From contig NC_087447.1 in NCBI RefSeq assembly GCF_036321535.1, positions 48,114,001 to 48,178,000 of the forward strand: a DNA stretch of 64,000 nucleotides. The letters run 5' to 3'. Source of the stretch: Camelus dromedarius. Lineage: Eukaryota. The notes beneath the pieces are model-generated. The model was given only the letters and a program-made list of their open reading frames with translations. It had not been told where the DNA came from and searched no databases. Numbering within the stretch: position 1 is the stretch's first letter; each line of letters begins with the position of its first letter. Both the position numbers and the translations under genes were made by a program. Below are positions 53,345-64,000 of the stretch, in pieces.

Positions 53345-54702
53345 GTGAGTGACCCTGGGCCAAGCCCTTGTCCTGTACCTTGTCCAGGGGCAGGGGTGAG
53401 GGAATTGGCTTGTTGGGCCTGCGCAGTGAACCCTTCTCCCAAGAAACCATGCCCCTTTTTATCCTCCCCTCCTTTGCCCAAGCTCTTCCCTTTGCCTGGA
53501 ATGTCCTTCCCATTCCTGACTGCCTGGTAAACTACTTATTCTTCAAGACCCAGCTCAGATGTCCCCTTTCATGAGGAGCCTTCTCTGACTTCCTCTAACC
53601 CCCACTGCAGCCCCTGCTGTAGAACCAACCTGGGTTAAAGGCCCCTTCCTCTGTTCCCAGTGCCTTGTATATACCCCATTATAGCACTGATCTCCCTATA
53701 ATACAACTGTCTTTACCTGTGGGCCTCAGCACTCCCCCACCCTATACTGGCCCCAGACTGTGAGCACCTCAAGTACAGGAACCGGGTTTAATTCTCTGTG
53801 TCCACAGTACCCCTACCCAGAGTTGGCTGCAAACAGGCAAAGAATAAAATGAAAAATGCCTCTGTGCTTTGGAATTTGTAAAGCTCTAAGCAGCTCTCTT
53901 ATGTGTTTGCCCTTTCCTGTTAAGATTTCCAGTCACAGAATGTCTGAATCTAGGGCTCAGTCTTTCAGACCCACCTCTGACCAGAGTTGTGATCTGAACA
54001 AGAGCTGTCCTGGGCTAGGAGCTCCCTCACACCCCATGACCCATTCTCAGTTCATTCAGTTCAGCAAACACTGAGTCCAAGTCCTGCTGGGGGCCGGGAC
54101 TGCTGCTGTGAGATAGTGACACCCTCTTCTCCCCCCTCATCTGGTGGAAGAGGCAGACACGACACAAATGACTGTCACCTGGGGCTCAGCCTTTTTTTTC
54201 CAAGCATGCTCACAAATATGAGTAATAATTGTACACCCTCAGCAGACTGGATGCAATGGAAACTAAGGGTTACCTTAAGGCAAGCACTTGACAACTATTT
54301 GTTTTCTGTTAATTCTTGCATAAATCACATTCTGTACTCATATAAAAACAACTTAATATGTTTTCCCTGACAAACTGTACCTATTGAAGGAAATTTCCAA
54401 TTTGACATGATGTTAAATTTGTGGAGGTGTTTTGTGACACTTAAAAAAAAAGATTTCCAGCTTCCCCCAAGGAAGGAATCTGATCATTCATTTAGCATTC
54501 AGCACATTTATGGAGCCTCAACTATGCATTAGGCTCCATGGGAAGCAATGGGTAAGCAAGACCAAGAGAGGCCCTGCTACCATTTCAGGGGGTTACAACA
54601 CTGGGGAGTGGGGGTAAGGAGACTTGGGAGCCCACCCAGGGCTCCTGCCCCCCCAGCAGGCTCTGTGATCAGCCAGCCTGGTGGATCTGGAATATCACAC
54701 AG

Positions 54703-54855
54703 GCTCCATCCTCCGCCGCTGGAAGCGAAATTGGTTTGCCCTGTGGCTGGATGGGACCCTGGGCTACTACCATGATGAGACTGCGCAGGATGAGGAGGAC
54801 CGTGTACTCATCCACTTCAATGTCCGTGACATAAAGATCGGCCAGGAGTGCCACG
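54703..54855 (+). CDS. PLEKHB1: PLEKHB1 coding exon 3, PH domain (SSILRRWKRNWFALWLDGTLGYYHDETAQDEEDRVLIHFNVRDIKIGQECH)
   Basis: Acceptor cacag|, donor |gtgagc; 153 nt, phase 1-1; PH signature WKRNWF; contained in ORF 54681..54920. Confidence 0.98.
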
Positions 54856-55450
54856 GTGAGCAAAGCCCCTTTCTCTCTGGTGCTGTGACTATGGGTATGG
54901 CCCTCCCAGTGTCTGTCTGAGAGCACCTGCTGTTCTCAAATGGAAGGCTCTTCGCAGCTTTCAAAGGGCTTCCACAGACATTGCTTCTGGGCCTCTATCA
55001 ACTCCAGTTCATGTGGGAGTGAATTAAGAAATCAGTTCCTTATTAAATTCCTACCCTGTGCTGAATCTGGGCTCTATGCTGGGGTCATAGAGGTAAGACA
55101 CAGTTCCTACCCTCTCCAGTGCTAGGAACTAGATAGTATGAAATGAAATAAGGAGGCTCAGAGAAGTTAAGCAACTGGCCCAGAGTCACACAGCAAATCT
55201 TGACCAAGGCTAGGCCACAGTTAAAACAGGGTAACTTGGAGATGTACCCAATTAGGGAAGCAGGCAATATGGAAAGATTGAAAGGGTCTAACAAGTTGAG
55301 GAGGATTGCAAGGAAAGTATGCGCGATCAGAGGAGGTTGGCAATGGCCAATAAACAAGACCCAGAGAAGTCAGTTCCTGTTCTGGCTCCTGGTTTACTGA
55401 GAAGACTCAGGCCTGTGCCCTGTGGAAACCCCACATGTGTCTCCCTCTAG

Positions 55451-55553
55451 ATGTGCAGCCCCCAGAGGGCCGAAGCCGAGATGGCCTGCTGACTGTGAAC
55501 CTACGGGAGGGCTCCCGCCTGCACCTGTGCGCAGAGACCCGGGATGATGCCAT
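55451..55553 (+). CDS. PLEKHB1: PLEKHB1 coding exon 4 (DVQPPEGRSRDGLLTVNLREGSRLHLCAETRDDAI)
   Basis: Acceptor ctccctctag|, donor |gtaagc; 103 nt, phase 1-2. Confidence 0.97.
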
Positions 55554-56628
55554 GTAAGCCACTGTGGGAGAGGATGGGGTGGGATCTTGGGGAATAGGAC
55601 CAGATGCCTCCTGCTGATTGGGCCTTTAGTTCCCTGAAGGTAGGAAAAGGGAACAAAGACCAGTGAACATGGTAGTCTCAATGGAGGCTGGGAAGAGTGG
55701 ATTTGAATGGCTCATGGTAATTGGTATGGTATCCAGTAAACTCCTGACATGGTCTGGGATGAATGCAGGACTGTTGGGGAAGGGATATGCACACCTGCCT
55801 CTGAGGTAGCCCTCATTTTGGGTTGATACAAAGGAACAGACAGCCCCTTGGCATCCTCAGAGGACCCTCCTAGTCACTTCCTTCTGAGAAGATGCCCTGG
55901 TTGGGGGACTCCGATCTGAGGGATGGACCCTTACCTACTTAACAGAGGCAGCGCACAGGGCACCCCGATGTCAGATGCAGATCCACACTGTGAGTCTGGG
56001 TGTGTCCTCCTCAGGCACTGTTTGCTTCCTCACATTCTTTCCCTTCCTACTCTCTGATGGAGGGTCAGTTGGCCTTTGCATTGTAGGAGAGTGAGAGAGA
56101 TGGGATGTGTGTGTGTGGGGGGGAGCTGAACTCTGGGTAGACAAAGCACAGAGCCTCCTTGTCCACCCCAGCCAGGTGCCATGGCAACCAACAAAGGCTC
56201 AATTGTCTGGTGTCCACTGGGTGTTCCTGGGACTCTGGGGTCAGAGCATTGGGAAACTGTGTTTGTGGGTTTGGGATGTGGAGGTGGGCTGCAGCCGGAG
56301 AACCAGCCTAGGCATGTCAGAATCTGAAGACTCCTAAGGGACCACCCCAGCCCAGCTGTCTTTTGTCTAGATGGGGAATCTGGAACCTCTAGAGGGGAAG
56401 AGACTATGGACTCAGAATGAATTAGGAGGCTGCAGCTCACCTGAGGGCTTGCCTGTGTGACTGGAGCAGTGGAAGGGGTCACCTTTGTCTAAGGGAATCA
56501 AGGGGATCTCCCCCTTCACAAGAGACTGGGGGGCTGGAGGATGGGTTGGAGAGGAAAGTCTAAAACGGGAGGCCCCATCCCCCTTCTCTCAAATTCCCTC
56601 CTCATGGTCTGGCGGGTTTGCTTTGCAG

Positions 56629-56668
56629 AGCATGGAAGACAGCGTTGCTGGAGGCGAACTCCACCCCG
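56629..56668 (+). CDS. PLEKHB1: PLEKHB1 coding exon 5 (AWKTALLEANSTP), C-terminal helix of the PH domain
   Basis: Acceptor ctttgcag|, donor |gtgagc; 40 nt, phase 2-0; contains the conserved PH-helix Trp. Confidence 0.96.
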
Positions 56669-57671
56669 GTGAGCCCCCGTTCCCTCCCTGTCTCCTCCCC
56701 ACACCTAACTGCCATGGAATCATGGGTGACTCAGACTTGGTCTCCATCTGCCTGGAGTTCTCAATTTCCATGTATGCGAGTGAATAGACATGTGCAGACT
56801 CAGATGCCCTCAGTCCCAAGAGGAAAAGGATGTAAGACAGGCAACTGGTGCTCAGAGGAGAGAGAGAGGCCTCCAAGAAGGCACTTCAAAAGGGGTGGTA
56901 TGTGAGCAGGGGGAAAGCGACTGTCTTTTAGGTGTGGTATATCTGCAGTGCCAGCTACTCCTCACTACCATACTGTGAGGTTGGGATTATTCCTCCCTCT
57001 CTGCAGATAATAAGATTGAGCTTCATTCATCCATGCAACAAATATTTACTGAGTTCCTACTATGTGCCAGCCACTGTGCCAAGGACCAGGGATCAGAGAG
57101 GAGCTAAGGAGATGTGGACTCAAGCCTAGTGGGAAGCTAGATGTGAAGCCATGAATTACATGGTTAGTGAAACCCTTGCAATGGTGGCAACTGCTCTGTC
57201 AGAGACAGGCAATGTGCATTTGATTTGTATCCACCTTGATGGCCTGATTCAGGTGGGAGTCCAGATAAGGCTTAAGATGAGACCTGAAGGATAAATAGAA
57301 ATCAACTGGGTGAAAAGTGTGGGGTGGGGTGAAGGGAACAGCTTTCCAGGCAGAGGGAGCTGCATGTGCAAAGGCCCTGAGAGAAATTAGGGCTTTGGCA
57401 AGTTGAAGAACAGAAGGACAGCTGGGGTGGCTGGAGTTCAGGGAGTAAGAAAGCCAAGGGGAAAGGAGGGTTAGCAGGGCTAGGCATTAAAGGCTCTGTT
57501 AAGGTTGGTGGTTTCTGCTAAGAACATGGGAAATCATTGAACATTTTTAAGTAGAGGAATGGCATGAACAGATCAGACCAGATTTGTATTTTTAAAAAGA
57601 TAGTCTGGCTGGTAGGTAGGGAATGATTGTAGAGGGTAAGAGTGGATGCCTGGAGACCAGTTAGAAGACTT

Positions 57672-57839
57672 GGGGGGGAGGGTATAGCTCAATGGTAGAG
57701 TGCATGTTTAGCATGCATGAGGTCCTGGGTTCAATTCCCAGTACCTCTGTTTAAATAAATAAACAAATAGATAAATAAACCTAATTAACCCCCCCCAAAT
57801 AAAATAAAAAATTAAATTAAAAATAATTAAAAAAAAAAA
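57672..57839 (+). mobile_element. tRNA-Ala-derived camelid SINE in PLEKHB1 intron 5
   Basis: Family head and tail; short TSD aagact. Confidence 0.9.
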
Positions 57840-57928
57840 GACTGGGATAGTGTGCAGGTGACTGACTGGAGGTCTGGATGAAGGCCTTGCTGGCAGAGAC
57901 AAGCTGATGAAGATAAGACACATTTCAC

Positions 57929-58017
57929 AGGGAAAATATAGCTCAGTGGTAGAGCACATGCTTAGCATGCATGAGGTCCTGGGTTCAATCCCCAGTATCT
58001 CCATTAAAAAAAAAAAA
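57929..58017 (+). mobile_element. Short tRNA-Ala-derived SINE in PLEKHB1 intron 5
   Basis: tRNA-like body, poly(A), TSD aagacacat. Confidence 0.88.
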
Positions 58018-59634
58018 AGACACATCTTGGAGATAGTCAACAGAGCTTAGTGATTGATGGAGGTGTGGCTTTGATGAGCTGACCAAAGCCCCCAGCTCAA
58101 GGGTGACCCAGCTTGGCCTCAACCCCACCCCCACCCCCTGATTCTGTGCTTGCTCCTTCCACCTGTGGCATGATGGAGCCCCTCTCATCTACAAAGTTTG
58201 CTGGGAAGTAGCAGCAAAGCCTTGGATGCATTTAGAAACTCCCTCAGGCATCCATCTTCTCAGGGACGGGCACTGTGCTTGAGCACCTGGCATCAGTTGT
58301 ATCATTGAATCTTCAACAAGAATGGGTAGGAGTTGGTATTTTTTAGTCCCATTTTACAGATAGGGGAGCTGAGGTTCAGAGGCGAAGTGACTTGTCCAAA
58401 GTCTTATGGTCTTAAGTCAATGGAAGAGCCTGTACTGGAACTGAGGTCAGTGAAGTTCTGGGGGAAGGGCAGTAACTGCAGAAGGAGCTACAGGGGCAGA
58501 GGACAGGAAATGGTGTGTGCTTGTGTGTGCACACAAGTGGATCTAAGGGCCAGAAGTCTGGCCTGGCTGGAGGGTAACAAATGGATGAAGAAATAGGAGA
58601 CATGGCCTCTGAGGAGCCACGTCAAAAAAGGCCTTAAAGTCCAGGTGAAGGAAGTGAATTTTATCCTGAGGGTTGTGGGGAGCAATAAAAGGCATTAAGC
58701 AGGGAGGGCTGTGGTCAGACTTCGGGGAGCAGACTCAGACTTCTGGGTAGAGGCTATATAAGAGGAGGCTGGGGCAGTGGTCAGCAGGGTGGAGATCCCT
58801 GGTTGGGCTAACCTGGCTCTGAGCTCCAAATCTTGCTTATACAGGGCAAATCAGTCCCACGAAGAGGGCAGAAGGAAGGAGGTGAGGGCTGACCGTCTGC
58901 ACTCTGACTCTATGAAGCTGCCTTGTCCCTTCTCTGCCTGTCCACCTTTCTGCTGCTCTGCTTCCTCCATGTCTCTACTCTGACCTCCTGCTCCACCTCT
59001 CAATGCTCTACACACACATGCACACACACACACATACACACATCCCTCTGGTCCCTAGGCTTACTTGAGCTGGGTGTTTGTGCCTCTGTGTTTTTATACC
59101 AGTGTCTGTCCATCTCTGAGGGTTCATGCCTGTATCTGTGGGCTTCTCTCTGTCCTATGCCTACACAGGAATGACCTGTGCTTTGTCCCTCCACATCCTG
59201 CAGGTTTATACCCTACTCTGGGTGGAGGCTGTAGGAGGTGCCCCTGACCCTGGTTGTTCCAGGGAACAGGGCCGGGGGCACGGCCAGGGGCAAGGCTGGG
59301 GTCCAGTGATGGGTGCAGGTGGGTGGGAAAGCAGATCAGAGCTGTTCTGTCCTCCCTGGAGATTGGGAGCCCCAGCAGCCTGAAACAGGTGAAGGTGGGC
59401 TATTTCTGGAGAGACACTGCTGATCCTTCTTCTCTGTGTAACTTTAGCAAAATCACTACCTCTTTTGAGCCACCCCCCGTTACCATGGGCTGAGGAAGAA
59501 GACGATACCCTCTTGCCTTGCCCAGCTGACAGAGAGCTCTTGCAGGGCCTGTTAAGAGCTCTGAGTCTCTCCAAATGTAGAGGGCCTCTGACACTTCCCT
59601 CCCTCCCCTTCTTGGGTTTCTGTGGCTTGAGCAG

Positions 59635-59739
59635 GCCCCAGCTGGAGCCATCGTCCCTCCCAGGAGCCGCCGGGTTTGCCCCAAGGTCAGGTGTGTGACC
59701 CGCTCGTGGAGCCCCTGTAAGGTTGAGAGGCGGATCTGG
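59635..59739 (+). CDS. PLEKHB1: PLEKHB1 coding exon 6, 105-nt cassette exon (APAGAIVPPRSRRVCPKVRCVTRSWSPCKVERRIW)
   Basis: Acceptor gagcag|, donor |gtaagt; symmetric phase 0-0, 35 aa; corresponds to the alternatively spliced segment known in PHR1/evectin-1. Confidence 0.94.
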
Positions 59740-62700
59740 GTAAGTGCTGGCTCAGTCCTCCCTGCCTCCATTCTGGCCACTAGGATGTGCCTCCAAAACT
59801 GGGCCCAGTCCCATCCCTTCCCTGCTCACAAACATTCCATGGCTCCCAGTCACTCACAGGACACCAGCACTGCTTTCAAGGCCCCCAGGATCTGGCCTGG
59901 GCCAGACTTGCCCACCCCATCCCCCTCATCCCCTGTGCTCCAACTCCTCTGCTGTACCCTCCGCTCCCAGCTGTGCCAGACCTTTTCCTTCTTTCCAGCC
60001 TTTGCACATGCAGTTCTGTCTGTTGCAAAGATCTTTAGTTTCCTTATTTACCTGACAAAGTGATGCTTATCCTCTAAGATCCACCTCAAAGGCTGCTACC
60101 TCCTCAGGGAGGGCTTCCCAGACCTCCAGGCATTGTCACTCCCTCTCACTGCCCATTGCACTGATGCTTACTTAGTACTGTTTTCATCTGCCTGACTTCT
60201 AGTTCGTTCTAGTTCTGTCTCTATTTTCTAGCTCTGTCTCTAGTCCCCATGGGGACTAGAACTCACTTCAAAGCAAGGATCAGTTTAGATCAACTCTGCC
60301 CCTATGAGCCTAGCACAGTGCTGGGTATACAGCAGGTGTGCAATGAGGGCTCAGTGATGGGGACAGTCTATTTTGACCCTGCTTATTCCTGGCACATGAG
60401 GGTTGGGCACAAGCAGGCCTCAAGCAGTGCTCACTGAATGAGCCAATGAGATAAATAAAGAGAGGAAGGAAGGAGTAAAAAAAATCTCTTACGGCATCAC
60501 TACTGCATTTATAATTTAGTCCGTGTCTGTCTCTCCCCTCACCCCCGACCCTGACACACTGTTCCCAGTGCTCAGCCTGGCATGGGGTGGGTTAGAATAC
60601 CTGTGGTCACATGCAAATTTCTTTTCTAACACAGTGGTGCTCAATGTGGCTGTGTATTAGACTCATGTAAGGGTTTAAAAACAATACAAATGCTCAGATC
60701 TTACCTCTGAATGCTCTAATTTTGTAGTTCTGGGGTGGGGACTTGGAAATCAGTGTTTTAAAAAATTTCTCCTGATGATTCTGATGTGCAGAACCACTGA
60801 GCCCAGATGTGCTAGGACCACTTAGTTGCATGGACATGGCTTTGCTGGATTCTCGCTGTGCCTTGGCAGTGGGCAGTGTAGGAAAGACTGTCCCCATTTA
60901 CAGATGAGAAAACTGAAGCTCTGAGAGGCTACATAATATGACCAGGATCACTTAATTAATCAGTGGCAGGGCTGGGAGTCTCAGCCCAGCATTCTGAGGC
61001 ATCCTGCATACCCAAACTTGTATACAAGTTTGTTTAAAGTGAGGATGCCTAAAAATAGAATTTAAAAAGCTATAAACTTAGTATATACTACAGCTTTTCT
61101 GAGGGGAGGAGTCTATTTGCATGTGACCTCCTGATTGGCTGCCCTTGTCCCCATCCAGGTTGGGCCTGAGGAGAGGGAAAGGATGGGGATCAAACTCTTA
61201 GGTTCTGTCTGTGAGGTCTCTAGGGGGGGGTCCCCTGCCCTGTTGCCAGGTGACCACATGAGTTTACCTCTGGGCCTCTTAGGCCTGGAGGGTAGAAACA
61301 GGTGCTCCATAGAGATATGAGGCGGTGTTTTCCACTGTCTCCAGGGCCTGACAGGGCTACTGGCTCACAGTGGAACTTCAAGGCAGATGCAGGCTCTGGA
61401 CTGCAACTTCCCTACAGTAAAATTGGGGATCTGAGTGCTTAGATCTCTCTAGCTCCCTCTAGGCATAGAGGTCAGATCTTGGTCACCCCCACTGGAAAGC
61501 CCTACTGGATCACCTTTGGGAAGAAGCACAGTAAGGGAAGTAACTTCAGACTGAGCATTGATTGTCTGAGCCTCCTGCATTGCTCTGGGTCTGGTCATTT
61601 TTCCTAACTTGAAACTGGAATTAGAGTTGGCTGACCTTAGTTCCACTCTGGCCCTGTATTTGACTCACTTGAGATAAATTCAATACATTAGGCACCTACC
61701 ATGTTCCAATCAGGCCTAATTAGGCTCAGTCCCTGTGCTTGGGTGGTGGTGATGGTGGTGTTTCTTCAAGTCTGATGGGAGAGACACACCTCACAGGGAT
61801 ACAAACAATGACATCACAGAGTGGTTGGTGCTGTGATGAGGGAAGTCTAAGGGCTGTGGGTGCCCAGATGGGACCATAACAGGACCTGAGGCTCAGGAAG
61901 AGTGATACTTGAGTTGAGTCTGAAAGACAAGTTAGGCAGTTGCATGAAAGAAGGTGAGAAAGGGATCCCTATCAAAGGAAGATGGCATAGATATTTGAAA
62001 TCACAAGGTGTGCTTGGAGAACTCCCCTTTACAGCCAAACTTCTTTAAAGGATGCCATGACATGTTGACTCCATCCCTCACCTCTCAACCATTCTTCAAT
62101 CCTCCATAGTCTTGCTTCTTCCTCCAACCACTCCTCTGAAAAGAGTTTTTTCAGGCTCACCCACAATCTCCAAGTTGCCAAAACCAATGGCTTATTCTCT
62201 TCGCACTGGACAAAAGGATGGACAGAAGAACATATTTAGAAGATAAAATCTTGAGACCTGGTGGCTAATGTGATGCAAAACATGAGTGTGTGAAGACAAG
62301 GGTGCCAACCTGACGTCTTGGTTTAAATGCATGGTGGTGGCACTTAGAGAAAAGCATTTATAGAAGAGCAAGTTTGGGGGAATGAAAGGATGATGAAAGA
62401 TGGAGTTTGGACACCTGGACTTCTAAAGGACCACTTGGACCATTCAGGTGTGAAACTAAGTTAGAGATACAGGGTGCAAGGGGGCCAAGAAGATGGAGCC
62501 AGGAGAGAAGGGGCTCCTGCCCTCTCCCAGGTCAGTAGCCCATGGGTAAAATGAGGGGCTTGAATTAGGAGCTTCCATTTAATTCAGCATGGATTTGTTG
62601 GTTCTTGCCATTCATTAGGCCCAGCTGGAGGCACAAATGAATCAAAGTCCTTGCCTAGAAGCAGCTCACACTGAGGTGAAGGCAGGAAAGGCCAGGAGGA

Positions 62701-63481
62701 AGGGTAGGAAAAGAGGCACAAGCATAGTCCACAGAGAACTCAGGAAGAAAAGATTCTTCCTGAGACCAGAAGGCCTTCCTGGAATGGGTGACTTGAGTTA
62801 GGCTTTGAGGGGTTGGTAAAAATCTAATGGGGGAGGGAAGGGAGCAGGCAGTCTATTCCTCCCTCCTAGAGAAAACACTGACCATTATTCTCTGAGCATC
62901 CATCTCCAGCTCTGTGGTGGAGTGGAGATAATCATGCCTGCTGTAAGGATGAGAAGAAATAACACATGTGAACATCTCCCTCAGGACCTAGTACATGGTG
63001 GATGCTTGATAATACTTTAGTTACTTCCCACCTCTACCCTTCCTTTCCCTTTCTTCCTCACCAACCCCCTTTTATTTCCTGGGTCTGGGCCCAGGCCAGG
63101 TCCCTCTCTCCATGACTAGGACAGGAGAGAAATCCATTGAGTTTCTCCAAGTGTGACTACTGGAGAGCTGCTAGCAAATATTAGACAATCTACAAAGGGA
63201 AGTTGGGAGCCATGGAGAATTTTTGATCAGGGGAGTACTACGTAGGAGACCAGGCAGGAAAACAGCATCACTGGGAGCTAGACTCAGGGGCTGAAGTTTT
63301 AGAGGCCAAGGGCCTTGTGGGGAGAAGGGCCCTCCTTCAGGAGCCTGCTGGTCTCTGGGGACCTATTTCTAAACTTGGTGAGGCGGCTCTGTGGGGCCAG
63401 AAGGGCCTGAGCCAAGTGTTACAGGTAGGGGACCAAAGCCGGGTCCAGCTCTCTAGCAGCTGACCAGGCAGGGCTCCCCAG

Positions 63482-63581
63482 GTGCGTGTCTACAGCCCGT
63501 ACCAGGACTACTATGAAGTGGTGCCCCCCAACGCGCACGAAGCCACGTACATCCGCAGTTACTATGGCCCGCCCTATGCAG
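63482..63581 (+). CDS. PLEKHB1: PLEKHB1 coding exon 7 (VRVYSPYQDYYEVVPPNAHEATYIRSYYGPPYA); the last exon with the membrane anchor lies outside the window
   Basis: Acceptor ctccccag|, donor |gtaagt; 100 nt, phase 0-1. Confidence 0.96.
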
Positions 63582-64000
63582 GTAAGTCTCCGACCCACCC
63601 CTCCCCCTGTCGCAATCCCCGCCCATGGTCTATCAGTAGGGATCAGGTCCCACCCTTTTAGTAACCATGGATTTTTCCCAGGCGGGTCCCTCCGCAAGGC
63701 CCTCCCCATCCCAGGCTAAGGATAGCTCTTGGACCAGAGCCCCTCCCTCCTGCAGAGCTGACCTCACCTCTCCAGGCTGGCAACTATTCCCTGGTGGCCC
63801 AGCAATACCCGTTTCTAAGTTGATAGCGGCCTCTGGTGGCAAATGTGGGAAAGGCCGCTTCCTCTCGCTTCAGGATCTGGCGGTTGGGAAGGCCCATCCT
63901 CAGGTGTGGTCTGGAGGTTATTGGAGATTCTGGTGCTTCTTCGCCGGTCCACTCTGGTCCCACAGTCCCAGAACGTCTGTAGCAGGTTCAAGGCCTAGGA

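Noticed and set aside
57929..58005. Apparent tRNA-Ala(AGC) genes here and at six other sites
   Set aside because: They have A-rich tails, TSDs, mismatched stems and no T-run terminator; they are SINE copies, not tRNA genes.

Overview
Mammalian genomic DNA, most likely a camelid (alpaca, llama or camel), judged from seven copies of a tRNA-Ala-derived Vic-1-type SINE. The only protein-coding gene supported by the sequence is PLEKHB1 (evectin-1/PHR1) on the + strand. Seven coding exons lie at 50900-63581 with GT-AG boundaries and consistent phases; the last exon is beyond the window. A CpG island at ~22.6-23.35 kb holds a non-coding first exon on the - strand with a splice donor at 22613. From recalled mammalian synteny this is probably FAM168A, which would make 1-22613 its first intron. 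The rest is repeat-rich (L1, L2, MIR, MaLR/ERVL LTRs, hAT-Charlie relics), and nearly all ORF-track entries are spurious or L1 ORF2 remnants. I found no convincing new multi-gene system. The best leads are: (i) an L1 with an apparent ~280-bp 3' transduction; (ii) two young L1 insertions with unusually long (25-33 bp and 27 bp) target-site duplications; (iii) two diverged, colinear, inverted ~550-bp AT-rich segments (25.45-26.0 kb and 32.47-32.98 kb) that I cannot assign to any family; (iv) ZNF143-type motif clusters at both promoters; (v) two perfect palindromes in the intron after the PLEKHB1 cassette exon. Repeat family names are from memory of consensus sequences, not from a database search.
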